NCBI GenBank assembly: GCA_964016885.1
Contig: OZ024741.1
Coordinates: forward strand, 179,614,001-179,678,000
DNA: 64,000 nucleotides
Source: Eledone cirrhosa
Taxonomy: Eukaryota
Direction: 5' to 3'
The notes below the pieces were generated by a model that was not told the DNA's origin, did not search any database, and was given only the letters and a program-made list of their open reading frames with translations. The number at the start of each line of letters is the position of its first letter. Position 1 is the stretch's first letter. Positions 40,207-53,339 of the stretch are shown in pieces. The position numbers were made by a program, and so were the translations under genes.

Positions 40207-40549
40207 AAATAGTTACATATATAAGTCGAGACTAGTACGAACCTATATATTAAGACTTGTGTAAATCAAGTCCCTGGATATATTTGTCACTTGACTGACT
40301 ATTTAATTACTCGAACTCGTAACAGACAATAATAGCATGTTGTGAGCGGCTTGTCAGTGAGACTGTATTGATGGTAGGTTTGAAATGAAGACAAACAAAC
40401 ACACAGAGACATACACCTCACCGAGCAGCCACATGGATGAAACGAGGAAGTGTAAACAACAGAGAGGAAAAAAAAAGAACTGTCCACAACATATGATAAA
40501 CTGATCACAGACAAACCAAGTAACTTGGACAATGAATAAATAAAATGGG

Positions 40550-40747
40550 ATAATCCTTCGTTTTAAGGTCATAGACAACTTCCGGTAATGTCCGTGAGTG
40601 AATAATTACAATTTAAAAAAAATTAGCATAATCGTAATATCTACACCTTGGAAAATGTATCTCTGCAAAATATAATATGTAATATTAAGAAAGTTATGTT
40701 ATGAGGAAACAGCGTCAGATGGGGGACACTAAATTGTAGTTACGTCG

Positions 40748-40750
<3 letters not shown>
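40550..40750 (+). repeat. Local dispersed repeat; copies at 43495-43670 (+), 41300-41405 (-) and 44620-44735 (-)
   Basis: Shared ttcgttttaaggtca(t/c)aga(c/t)aact(t)ccggtaat..gtgagtgaa. Confidence 0.7.
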
Positions 40751-40801
<51 letters not shown>

Positions 40802-41018
40802 AGTATAGAAATTATTGTAGCAAGAAGCCAACAGTATTCCATATATATGTGGTAGAATGGATGGAAGTTGCAATTCAGCAGATCTCTCATTTTTTAATAC
40901 AAACACCTCTCTTCAAGTTATGTCATTAACAAACGGATGACATTTATATACCGACTATCCGATTTACATAAATGCTATCACCAGTAATAATTATTACTCA
41001 ACAACCTGACACAACACT

Positions 41019-41061
<43 letters not shown>

Positions 41062-42569
41062 GTATAAAGTTTCATACACTTAATATGTATGTGCGACCAT
41101 TGCTTTCGGGTCCAGTTATGGCCACCACTGTATATTGGAATATTGGAGGAGGCTCTTCCAAACTGACCCCTCATCGGGTACCAGGATAAATATATATATG
41201 TGCGTGTGCGTGAGCGTGTACACACATTTATTTATGTGTGCATAACTACAGTTTATTGCTACCTCCTCCCCAACACACACACACACCTGATTTTGCTTCC
41301 TCACAACTTTGTTAATAATACATATTTTGCAGTGATACGTGGTTCGGATTATTTCACTCACGGAAATTACCGGAAGTTGTGTGATCTTAAAACGAAAGAT
41401 TAAAATAAAACGGAACAATTCTTAGATCAAAACAATGGTCGAATACGTTTCAGCCCCCACCAATTTTTAAAAAGATAGTAGGGGTAGTTTGAAGGAGTCA
41501 TTCCGCTGTCGATTTTAGCAGTTTGAAACAAATGCGTAGAGGCTCCTTCCTCGGATTCGTGATTGCGTTCAAACAGTATATTAGATCTAATAGGGTTCCT
41601 TCTAACGTAATGATTGCTAAACTTTTCATTAACAACGTTCCTTTTTATTTAAATGAATTTTCCCAACGGACCCTTCGCTACAATTACTTCTCTCCTAAAT
41701 TGTTATATGACGATAAAAATAACTGAAAGAGGGAACATTTATATATGTACTTAGTGAAGAATGGATGTCCAAAGTATGTGAAAATGGTTTAAAAAAAAAG
41801 TACTTGAAATTTTGAACTTAGCTCACGGATCCCCTCCCCCTGTACCACGTTTATGAAACCCCAAAGACTCGCGGACTACTGCTTTAATCTCTCCACAACG
41901 AACACAAAAATAGCCACACACTTTACACATCTGAAGACATACGATCAACTACAGAATGAATCTAAAATATTGAAAATGAAAGACTGCTTGAATTATTATT
42001 ATGTTGAGAGGGAGTTTGTTACACAATCCCTACTACACAACACACAATCCTACTATACAACACACACATACATAAATGTATGCGTGCACTATATCCAGCG
42101 TTAAACTAATACATATTGTATTGTATTTTTCTCTGTAATTTTTCCTTGCTGACTTCTCTCTCTCTCTCTCTCTCTCTCATTCATACACATGTGAGTATAT
42201 ACATATACATAAATGCGTGTGTGCATACATACATACATATAATATATATATATACACACACATATGGAGACACCAATACATCCACAGAACATTTACAACA
42301 CAATATCATCCGAAGAACAACACTCTAACTCCCACTTAGTCCAGCTACACAGACACACGCACACACACATAAACGCACATATGCATGCACACGATAGCTT
42401 TAAGATCAATAACCTCATTTGTTTTCGCACCACTGTGCTGGGATGATGCACACTGCTAGAGACAAATGCAGAGGAATTGCAATTCTCATAGTTTCTGACT
42501 TACGTTCCACGTTCCATACCTATCTATTCCTCTACTGTGACTATATCCAGAGCATATACTGTGTTCATA

Positions 42570-42887
42570 GGACCTCCGTCGCTTCCGACGACGAGTGTTT
42601 TCAGTTGTTCGAACAACAGAACAGCCTGCTCGTGAAATTAACGTGCAAGTGGCTGAGCATTCCAGAAATATGTAACTTCAATATAGGTCTCGAGAAAATT
42701 TAGCGTGACGATGTGTGATAAGGCTACTTCTTTGAATTTCATGTACAACTCACATTTGCCATGTGAGTGGATTGGAGCAGCGTAAAATGAAGTGTCTTAC
42801 TCAAGGACACAACGCACCGTCAGGATTTAAATTCACGACCTTATGATGGTGAGCCGAACACCCTAACCACTAATCCACCCACCTTCA
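42570..42887 (-). mobile_element. SINE family 2
   Basis: Reverse complement of gaaggtgggtggattagtggttagggtgttcggctcacc..tgtgtccttgagtaagacact. Confidence 0.75.
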
Positions 42888-43675
42888 CGCCAGAGTCTTC
42901 ACGCGCACGAGATAAATGCCGACTGGGATGGACAGTAAGTGGAGGAAATACAACATGCCCATATTGTCAGGCTGCAACTATGCAACATAAACAACTGCAT
43001 GTCTAAGTGTGCTGACAGGTCTTCCTTAACGCGGGTGGTTGACTTAATCCGTCGGTTGCTTTAACGCTACCAACAACGCCTGGGCCTTCGGTGCTTTTAA
43101 CGGAGTTCACTCCGTTTGCAAGCATTCGGACCAGGTCACCTGTTTGAAAATACCCGCACTACTCACGGAGGCCCGGGAAAAATGAGAATCATATATACAC
43201 AGTCCTTCCTGCTGTATGTATGAAGTCGTAACTCCCGATGGAGTTGTAAGAGCGCCGTCATGACATACTTGGGAACTTTAAATCTAACAGAGCCCATCCA
43301 CTCTCTGGGTCTGAACACAGCCGATTTCAGGAAATGAGAGCCTTCCTATTGACGAAGGGATTATAAAAAAAAGTATATATTGAGCGGTTGGTTTCTGAAT
43401 GACACTTTAGTTTATTCAAACAACCACCTACATTCTATAGGATTTCTAGAACCCAGGAATATAAACCTACACCAACGAATGACAAAATATGAAGGTAATC
43501 TTTCGTTTTAAGGTCACAGATAACTTTCGGTAATTTCTGTGAGTGAAAATTATGATTACAAATACAAAATACATCAACATAATTGTAATCTACATCTTCA
43601 AATATGTATCTGTAAAATATAAAAAAAAGTTATAAGGATAGGGCACTACACGCAAATTATGTCGTCTTATACACT

Positions 43676-43743
<68 letters not shown>

Positions 43744-43757
43744 TTTATACATATATG

Positions 43758-43834
<77 letters not shown>

Positions 43835-43928
43835 TTGTATATATATATATATACATTCATATACAAATATACATATATACTCTTTTACCTGTTCCAGTGA
43901 TCCGGCTGAGGCCATGCTGGAGCACCGG

Positions 43929-43983
<55 letters not shown>

Positions 43984-44187
43984 TAAATATATATACATAC
44001 ACATATATATATATATATACATATACACACATATTTATATACATATGTATATATATAGTCATACATACACATATATATACACACACATATATACATACAT
44101 ATATATTCATACATCTATATACATATACATACATACATATACACACATAATACACATACACACATTCATACATATATACATGTATGT

Positions 44188-44218
<31 letters not shown>

Positions 44219-44232
44219 CATATATATATACA

Positions 44233-44330
<98 letters not shown>

Positions 44331-45566
44331 TATATATATATATACACACACATATATATATATATATACACACACACATTGTGTGTGAGAAAGAAAGAGA
44401 AACGACATAACTAGTTTAGTGCCTCCAACCTGCCTTTGCTTCCCCATAGCCTCGTAAATAATTGTTTTTACTTTAGGCACAAGGCCAGCAATTTGAAGGG
44501 GGAGAGGAAAGTCGATTAAATCGACCTCAGTACTTATTGGTGCTTTATTTTATCACCCTGTAAGGATGAAAACCAAGGCTAACCTCGGCGGGATTTGAAC
44601 TCTACCCTCGTAAATAATGTAAATAATACATATTATGCAGATATATTTTCGATGTGTAGATCATGATTATGCCGAGAGAATTAACAAGAAAATTCACTCA
44701 CAGGAATTACCAGAACTTGTCTGTGATCTTAAAAAGTTGGATTACCAAATGAGAATGCTGTTAAACTTCTAATTCTTCTTCATCTTTATCATCATCATCA
44801 TCATCATCATCATCTTTCTTCTTTTTCTTCTCCTCCTCCTCCTCCGTAACTCCTGAGGGGGTCGAGTCGTAAGGTGGCCGATTGATATACGGCTTTTCTA
44901 AGGCATTTTTTTAAAAACCTGGCGGAAACTATCTCCTCTCCAGGTATGAATACAACAGATATCTTCCAGAGATGGATAGAGGGGGAGAAAATATTAGTGA
45001 GAAAGAACCACAGAAGAAGAATCGACTCCAGAACCTGACCAGTATTGTATTTTTATCACCCTTGGATGGATGAAAGGCAAAGTTGACGTCGGCGGGATTT
45101 GAACAAATATACATTATCATTACTATAACAATGGTTTCTGATTTAGGCACAAGGCCAGCAATTTTTGCGTGGAAATTGAAAGTCGATTAAATCCACCTCG
45201 GTATTTGACTGGTGCTTTATTCTATCGACCCCGGATGAAAAGATTAAAGGTAAAGTTGACTTCAGTAGGATTTGAACTCAGAAATGTAAAGCGGCGGATG
45301 AAGTACCACACGGCATATCTTACGTTTAACGATGTATTACATAGGCACAAGGCCAGAAATGGTTTTTGTAATAGTGGTTGTTGTTGGGAAACAGTTGATT
45401 ATAGCGGCCTCAATACTTTATTAATACTTTATTTTGTCAACCTCAAACAGGATGAAAAGTAAAGTTGACATCGGCAGGACTTGAATTTAGAAACGCCAAG
45501 GACCACAACTAACTACCGCAAGGTATTTTGTCCGACGTTCTAATGATTCTTCCACTGACTACACAC

Positions 45567-45618
<52 letters not shown>

Positions 45619-45659
45619 TTTCGTTTGTACGCACAACTATATATATACATATATTAATC

Positions 45660-45940
45660 GTAAGTTCAATTCTCGGCGTTACTTTGTGTCCTTGAGCAAG
45701 ACACTTTATTTTACTGTGCTCCAGTCCACTCAGCTGGCAAATATGAGGTGTACATGCAATTCAAAAGGCCAACCTTGTCACATACATACTGTGTCACGCG
45801 TTGAATCTCCCTGAGAATTCAGTTAAGCGTGCACACGCGTCTGGTGAATGCTCAGTCACTAGTACGTATATTTCCCAAGCAGGCTGTTATGTTGTTTGAA
45901 CAACTGGAGCACTCGTCGTTGGAACCGACGGATGTGCAGC
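45660..45940 (+). mobile_element. SINE family 2, 5'-truncated
   Basis: ttgtgtccttgagcaagacactttattt..ctccagtccactcagctg. Confidence 0.75.
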
Positions 45941-46326
45941 TTCTAGATATTGACAAGTATGTTGAAATATAGATAGGGTTTGATATACGTTGATTGGATT
46001 AAAATGTTTAATTTGGTTATTTGATGAGAATGTTACCAGAGTTATACTGTGATTGTTTAGAGATCAGCTCTGATCGAGCAGACCTATAATCAAAGGCATT
46101 CCAACTATGACCATCTCTTCTTTATTTCAGACATTTTGTATCTAGGATCACTTCATCCATTATACGCTTTGCGGTTTTTGTTTTTTGTTGATAGATTTGA
46201 GTGAGAATTTGGCGGGCGGCTATTTCTAGCACATGGAACGATCATATAGAGGCTTCCGAACAGATAAATCTCCCCTCTCCATTGACGACGGCTGTTTTGT
46301 GTATGTATATAAAATAGAGTTGTTTC

Positions 46327-46362
<36 letters not shown>

Positions 46363-46428
46363 ATATAACTGTACAATTGCCTCCTGTGTTTTGTTCGTTC
46401 ATTTTCAACTATATATATATATACATAC

Positions 46429-46459
<31 letters not shown>

Positions 46460-46465
46460 CATATA

Positions 46466-46498
<33 letters not shown>

Positions 46499-46521
46499 AT
46501 ATATATATAAATATACATATA

Positions 46522-46564
<43 letters not shown>

Positions 46565-46611
46565 TATATACATATATATAATATATATATATATTATATA
46601 TATATACATAT

Positions 46612-46646
<35 letters not shown>

Positions 46647-46652
46647 ATATAT

Positions 46653-46683
<31 letters not shown>

Positions 46684-46731
46684 TATTGTTATACTTTGGG
46701 AGGGTCATGTTGCTAAACAAATTCAGAAACG

Positions 46732-46797
<66 letters not shown>

Positions 46798-47049
46798 CCA
46801 TTTTATGTGTATTACAGTTGTTTTACAAGGGAATGTTTCTATACAAACTTTGCATAAGGACTACTACTACTACTATTAATCAACCACTGCAACAACAAAA
46901 CAACAACCACACCAACGACGATCACATCAAATAATAAGAGTAAAACAATGACAATACCATTAAAAGAATAACAACAATAACACGAAGAGTAATTTCCAAT
47001 CCAGTTAAAACATCATTCAATGCAAGAATGTGGTCTGTTTGTTGAGATG

Positions 47050-48050
47050 AAGGTGGTGGTGTTGACTTAGAGTGAACAAGGGTGAGGTAGAGAGAGGGGG
47101 TGGAGAAATAAAGAGGGAGATAGCGAGGAAGGGACAGAGTGGGGTGAGATAGATACATAGAAAAGCAATATATAGTGTGTGTGTATGTGTGAGAGAGAGA
47201 GAGGGGGGAGGGACAAAAGAAGAGATAGATACATATATACAGCGAGTAGATAGAGGTATAGATAAGAGACAGAGAGAGTGGGAAATCAGCGACAGAAAGA
47301 GGATACAGATATGAGGGGAGAGATAGAGACAAATAGAGAGAGCTGGGGAGAAACAAGAAAGAATGCAAGAAGGAGGCTGGTGTAGAGAAAGAGAAGAATT
47401 GATAGAGAGGAGAAAGAGTTAAGGAAGAGATAGATAGATTTCTTTATTTGATTGATAGGTAGCTAGATAGATAGATATGTAGATATATATAGAAGGAGAG
47501 GAGAATGAACGGAAATATAAAGGGACAGGGGGATAATCGTGGGAGGAGGAGAAGGCAAGGGGTAAAGGAAGAGGGTCGCAAGGACGAAGAAGGAGTAGAA
47601 TGGTGAAAGGGTTGAAGGAGGAAAAGAGTGGAAGGGGGAGATTGAAAAGATGTAAGAAAAGGGAAAGAGAAGGGACGTTTCTCTCCACATTTTAAGGGAC
47701 TTAAAAAGAGAGATAATGTTATAGAGAGAAAGGAAGAGAGCCAGAGAAATGTCAATATCGAGAATTCGATAGAAACAGTGTAAAGAGGTGTAAGAATAAA
47801 AGAAAGACAGGGGCTAGTAGATGAAGGGAGAGAAAGAACGATGTTGTTGGAGGGGATAGAGAAATAGGGACAAGAGAAGTACCTAGGAAGTGAGAGAGAA
47901 GGAGGAGAGAAAGAAAGAGAGGTACCTGGGAAGTGGGAGAAAGAGAGGTACATGGTAAGTGAGAGAGAGAGAAATAAATAGAGGTACCTGGTAAGTGAGT
48001 GAGGAGAGGGGGACAGAGGTAGCTGGGAAGTGAGAGAGAAAGAAAGAAAG
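47050..48050. repeat. ~1-kb purine-rich tract ending in a ~32-bp tandem repeat (agaggtacctgggaagtgagagag)
   Basis: Strong A/G strand bias; repeat units at 47875-48050. Confidence 0.7.
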
Positions 48051-48435
48051 AGTTTTCAAAATCAAGAAATAAAATATCAATGTTCAATTTATCTTGGGCA
48101 GCTACAGAAAGCATACACCGCTCTCTCTCTCTCTTTCTCTCCCCCCCTCTCTCTCTCTCTTCCTCTCAAACACAGAAATACAGGTGCGTATATATTTATG
48201 TATGTATGTATAACTGAAATAAGTCGGTCAGCCGTTAAGAAAAGAAGGATTCCAATGTCCTTCAGCAAAGGAAACTTGCCATTATGATAAAGTAACACTT
48301 GTCACTTTCCTTGAGGAAGTACTTTTGTCCGACACACCAACTGGAACTATTCTTCTTTTATACTAATAAAAACGACTTTTGCCAATACAAGACCACCCAT
48401 AGTCTCGAAAAAAACACACTTATGTATTATACACA

Positions 48436-48508
<73 letters not shown>

Positions 48509-48510
<2 letters not shown>

Positions 48511-48702
48511 CGAAGGAAATGTGGTAAGGAACCAGGTGGACCATAACGCACCAAAGTACTCAATACTTAGGGTAGTAGAGTGGGTAATAGGAACGAGTAG
48601 GACCTCGACGGCTGAGCTCAAGCCGTTTCGACGGCTAATTCAGTCCAGAATTAGCCGTCGAAACGGCTTGAGCTCAGCCGTCGGGGTCCTACTCGTTCCT
48701 AT
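48509..48702 (-). mobile_element. Family D fold-back element in (TA)n
   Basis: Arms at 48587-48641 and 48648-48702 with loop agtcca. The 80-bp tail is identical to 28156-28240. Confidence 0.8.
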
Positions 48703-48823
48703 ATACATACATACATACATACATACATACATACATACATACATACATACATACATACATACATAAAATACGTATAACGGAGTTTTAAATAAATCTGAAT
48801 CAACTGGATATGGCCTCCGATTT

Positions 48824-48889
<66 letters not shown>

Positions 48890-48980
48890 CATACATACAT
48901 ACATACATACATACATACATACATACATACAAGCATTGTGCACAAGTATACTTATATGCTAACATAAAAATGTATATAAT

Positions 48981-49018
<38 letters not shown>

Positions 49019-50241
49019 CACATGTATATATGTGAATGTTTAGAGAGTGAGAGAGGGAGAGAAAGTGAAAGGAACACATTCATTCATAAATGTATTACAC
49101 ATTCTGTTAACAGCGTTACTACGTATGTTAAAGATGAATTGATGCTATTTATATCGTCGAATACACACTGTTGTTGTTATTTAATACGATGTTTTCTCTG
49201 ATCTAACAAACCTATAAACGATGTTCCAGTCATGACAATCACGACTTTTTGACGTACCATTGGAATTCCATTATTCAACAAGCCTTTTTGTTAGATTCGA
49301 GCGAGTTTCGCTGCTATTTCTAGTAAATTGTTTAACCACGTTGGTTCGATGATTACATAAATGCATTACATAAAAAAGCATGTGACGTGTATTTTCAGAT
49401 ACATGTAAGCATTGTATGTGTATGTATGTGTGCATTCATTTTTAATGTGTATGTATATATAGTTGAATATAAAAATATATAAACATGCACATTCATACAC
49501 ACACATTATATATAACCATTAAACAAAATAAATACATGCTTAGAGTACTAAAGAATTATTTTCCAGTGCCGGATTTAAAGTTTACGAACGACTCTGTGAC
49601 AAAAGCCTATAGGAGAAAAGTACCGGACAAAAATAAAAATAAAAAAAAAATAAAAACAGTAAAAGATAAAACAAAATCTATAGTTTTTACTAACTAACGT
49701 TATGAAGTGTAATTTGTCTGATAAAGATTAACTATAACTATGTCTTCAAATTCTGCATTTTTTTTTACGATGTGGGTTTTTTGTTCAGTGAGGTGAAAAT
49801 TTTGTCCTGGGAGGTTTTGTTCGGTCAGAGTTTTGTCCAGGGACTTTTCTCGTGAAATCCGAATTTACGATGATACAAATAACAGTTTAAAAACAAAAAA
49901 TTAAGTGTTGAAAATTTGAATGTTTCTGTTGATTATTTATGCTGCTTAATTCATACTTTTTAATTTATGACATTTAAATTTTAAAAAAAAAGCAGATTAT
50001 ATTTAATATAGTTAGATAGTTAGAGATTTGCCCTGGGATTTAGCCGGGGAAGAAAAATCTGAATTTCTTAATCTATTATATCATATTCAATTAACACCTG
50101 TGCCCTAATGTTCTGTCAATATAGCATCAAGGGTATCAATTAGACTTAATCCAACCATGATGTATGTATAACAAGAACGATCTTGTCTGATGACCCTATA
50201 AACTCCATAGTATCAAGACTCACGATTTAGCCCTAATAAAA

Positions 50242-50299
<58 letters not shown>

Positions 50300-50397
50300 A
50301 AAAAATGGGGAGAAGAATACTGCTGGTTGCACATGGATAACATGTAATTAATGCAATGAAATATCTATGATCGTCGGCAAATCACTGATGAGGGACT

Positions 50398-50438
<41 letters not shown>

Positions 50439-50842
50439 TGGCTACACACTCAGGGACACACAGACATATGTTTGTATACACACACACACAAATATATATA
50501 TATATATATATATATGAGCAGAAAATGTACAATTACATAAGACGAACAGACTGTTGCATCATCAGCCACCTTGCTTGCGTTCAATTTCGTGCATTAACAT
50601 GGTATTGCTCTTATAATGCCTGTTTGTGCAACAGATTGGAGAACTGGTCTGATGATAAGATGTATATGAGGCAATAACATTAAGAATAAACAGGTAAATA
50701 GGTAAAATATTATGACTAAAAATAGACAACGAACATGCATGTATGCGGCTGCAGTGGAAATACGGTGGTAAGAGGCATATACATATACTATACACTATTT
50801 ACTATAAACATTCACAGGTGTATATCTGTATACATTTTTGTA

Positions 50843-50887
<45 letters not shown>

Positions 50888-51172
50888 TGTCCCCCCAAAA
50901 TATATACACACTTTGATTACCTGCACAGGCAATATTTATTAGAATGCAATTGAAGTGTGTATACATTTTTTGGAAACCCTGTGTGTGTGTGTGTATATAT
51001 ATACACACACATATATATATATATATACATATATATATGTAGAGGTTATATTTAATTTGTTGGGATACAACAAGCTAAAATAGTTTTATAACTGATATAA
51101 AGCACTCAACAAATTATTGAAATAAATATACAATATATTAACAAATGGAAACTATATTTATAAAACCATATT

Positions 51173-51238
51173 TATTTCATTATACATATTTCAAGGGCCA
51201 CCAAGGCAAATTATGGTGCGCTTTCATCAGATAAAATA
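51173..51238 (-). ncRNA. Family A hammerhead (element 51130-51315)
   Basis: Minus strand: tattttat CTGATGA aagcgcacc-ataatttgcctt-ggtggccctt GAAA t-atgt-a TA atgaaata. Confidence 0.65.
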
Positions 51239-51310
51239 TAATACAGATTAGTTTTATAAATAAATATTGACATACCCTGAAAAAATGCAACCTTAACGGT
51301 TGGAGCTTCC

Positions 51311-51365
<55 letters not shown>

Positions 51366-51386
51366 TATATATAATATATATATAAT

Positions 51387-51455
<69 letters not shown>

Positions 51456-51460
<5 letters not shown>

Positions 51461-51646
51461 ATGGAGGCGGTAAAAACCAGTTAGACCATTACTAACCAGA
51501 GTACTCAATACTTGGCGTAGTAGAGTAGGTAATATGAAAAATTCGGGACCCCGACGGCTGAGCTCCGGCCGTTTCAACAGCTAAATCCGAACTCTAGCTA
51601 TTGAAACGGCCGGAGCTTAGCCGTCAGGGTACTCAATGTTTCATAT
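51456..51646 (-). mobile_element. Family D variant fold-back element
   Basis: gacggctgagctccggccgtttc..gaaacggccggagcttagccgtc arms; tail with gtactcaatact. Confidence 0.7.
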
Positions 51647-52027
51647 ATTTATATATATATATTATATATATATATATAAATATATAATATATATATATAT
51701 ATTCTGCTGATGATGAATTCCAACCGTGACCATCTCCGCTGAAAGTTTTCATGAAATAGTCTTACGACTATACAGAGCATTTGAAGTTTTTCCAAATTGA
51801 AGGATAGGTATCTTGAACTTTATTTTATCATGAGTTAAGGCTCTATTGATTTTTCCCTGGATTTCACTAAATTCTGTGGATGAATTTATATCCTGATTCT
51901 CTTTAAGATGAGTTTAAATTATTTTTCCCACATCTTACGTTAACTATTTTTCCCATTTTGACGCTATAGTCACTTATATACTATGGAATGCTGTTCGCTT
52001 TTCGCTGCAGTGTTTTCTATACCTTTC

Positions 52028-52071
<44 letters not shown>

Positions 52072-52180
52072 GCTCTGTTTAACTACATTGAGCTATACCT
52101 TTTACTGTCATTTCTATAATACGAAGAGGGTGTTTAACTCCAACACGCTCCAGTATTTTAACCCTTATATATATATATAT

Positions 52181-52232
<52 letters not shown>

Positions 52233-52245
52233 ATGTATATACATG

Positions 52246-52289
<44 letters not shown>

Positions 52290-52652
52290 CGTGTGTGTAT
52301 GTGTGCCAGTGTATGTGCGCGCGCGCATACGCACACACACATGTATATGTGATTACAGATGCATATACATAGGCAAAAGTATGTTTCTTCTATGTCTTTG
52401 TAAGCATGCATGCTATGGTGTCTGTGGCTTGCCTGTTTTCTAAAGTCAGGGAGGAAATAAGTCAAACACGAGCCATACATACACTCAAATCACTGCTATC
52501 CCGTTGGTTATGTCATACGTAGAGGACGGTAGGTTGATTATAACAACCTTAACCTCACAAATATACAAACGTAGTTTATTCGCGCAGTGAGTGCTCTCCA
52601 GTGCTTGACCTGTATCGGATTTCGGTCAAAGGACACACACACACTCACACAC

Positions 52653-52698
<46 letters not shown>

Positions 52699-52965
52699 TG
52701 AGAGGAAAAGAAAGGGATAGATAGAGATACACACATACATAAATACACAACGGTACACATATACATGAGTACACGCACACACGCAATACATGCAAGTTCT
52801 TTACTCCGTTACTTCATTTGATATATATCCACTGTCAATAAAGACACCAGGATTTTTTCATTCTGATGAATGAAAGCAATTTTGGTTGCTTTCAAGAAAC
52901 CACTGGTAAATGAAATAATTAACTTATGTTGTTTATTACATAACTAAATATAGATAGCTAGATAT

Positions 52966-53037
<72 letters not shown>

Positions 53038-53260
53038 AGATAGATATATTACATGTGTATACATACATATATGTATATATTTATATACATGTGTATGTGT
53101 GTATATATATATATATATAATATTAAAGATACTATTTATAGTTATGTATATATGCTATACTATAAACAACTATAAACAGGGAAGGTCAGTAATTTATTAC
53201 TACCTTATTACCAGTAAGGGAAATAGCTCAATGTAAGAACATCAGTTGTTTTACAGACCA

Positions 53261-53327
<67 letters not shown>

Positions 53328-53339
53328 GATGGCTGCAAA

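Noticed and set aside
50384-50400. Isolated CTGATGA heptamers (50385, 50649, 51707, 52863)
   Set aside because: No properly spaced stem II, GAAA and NUH; expected by chance.
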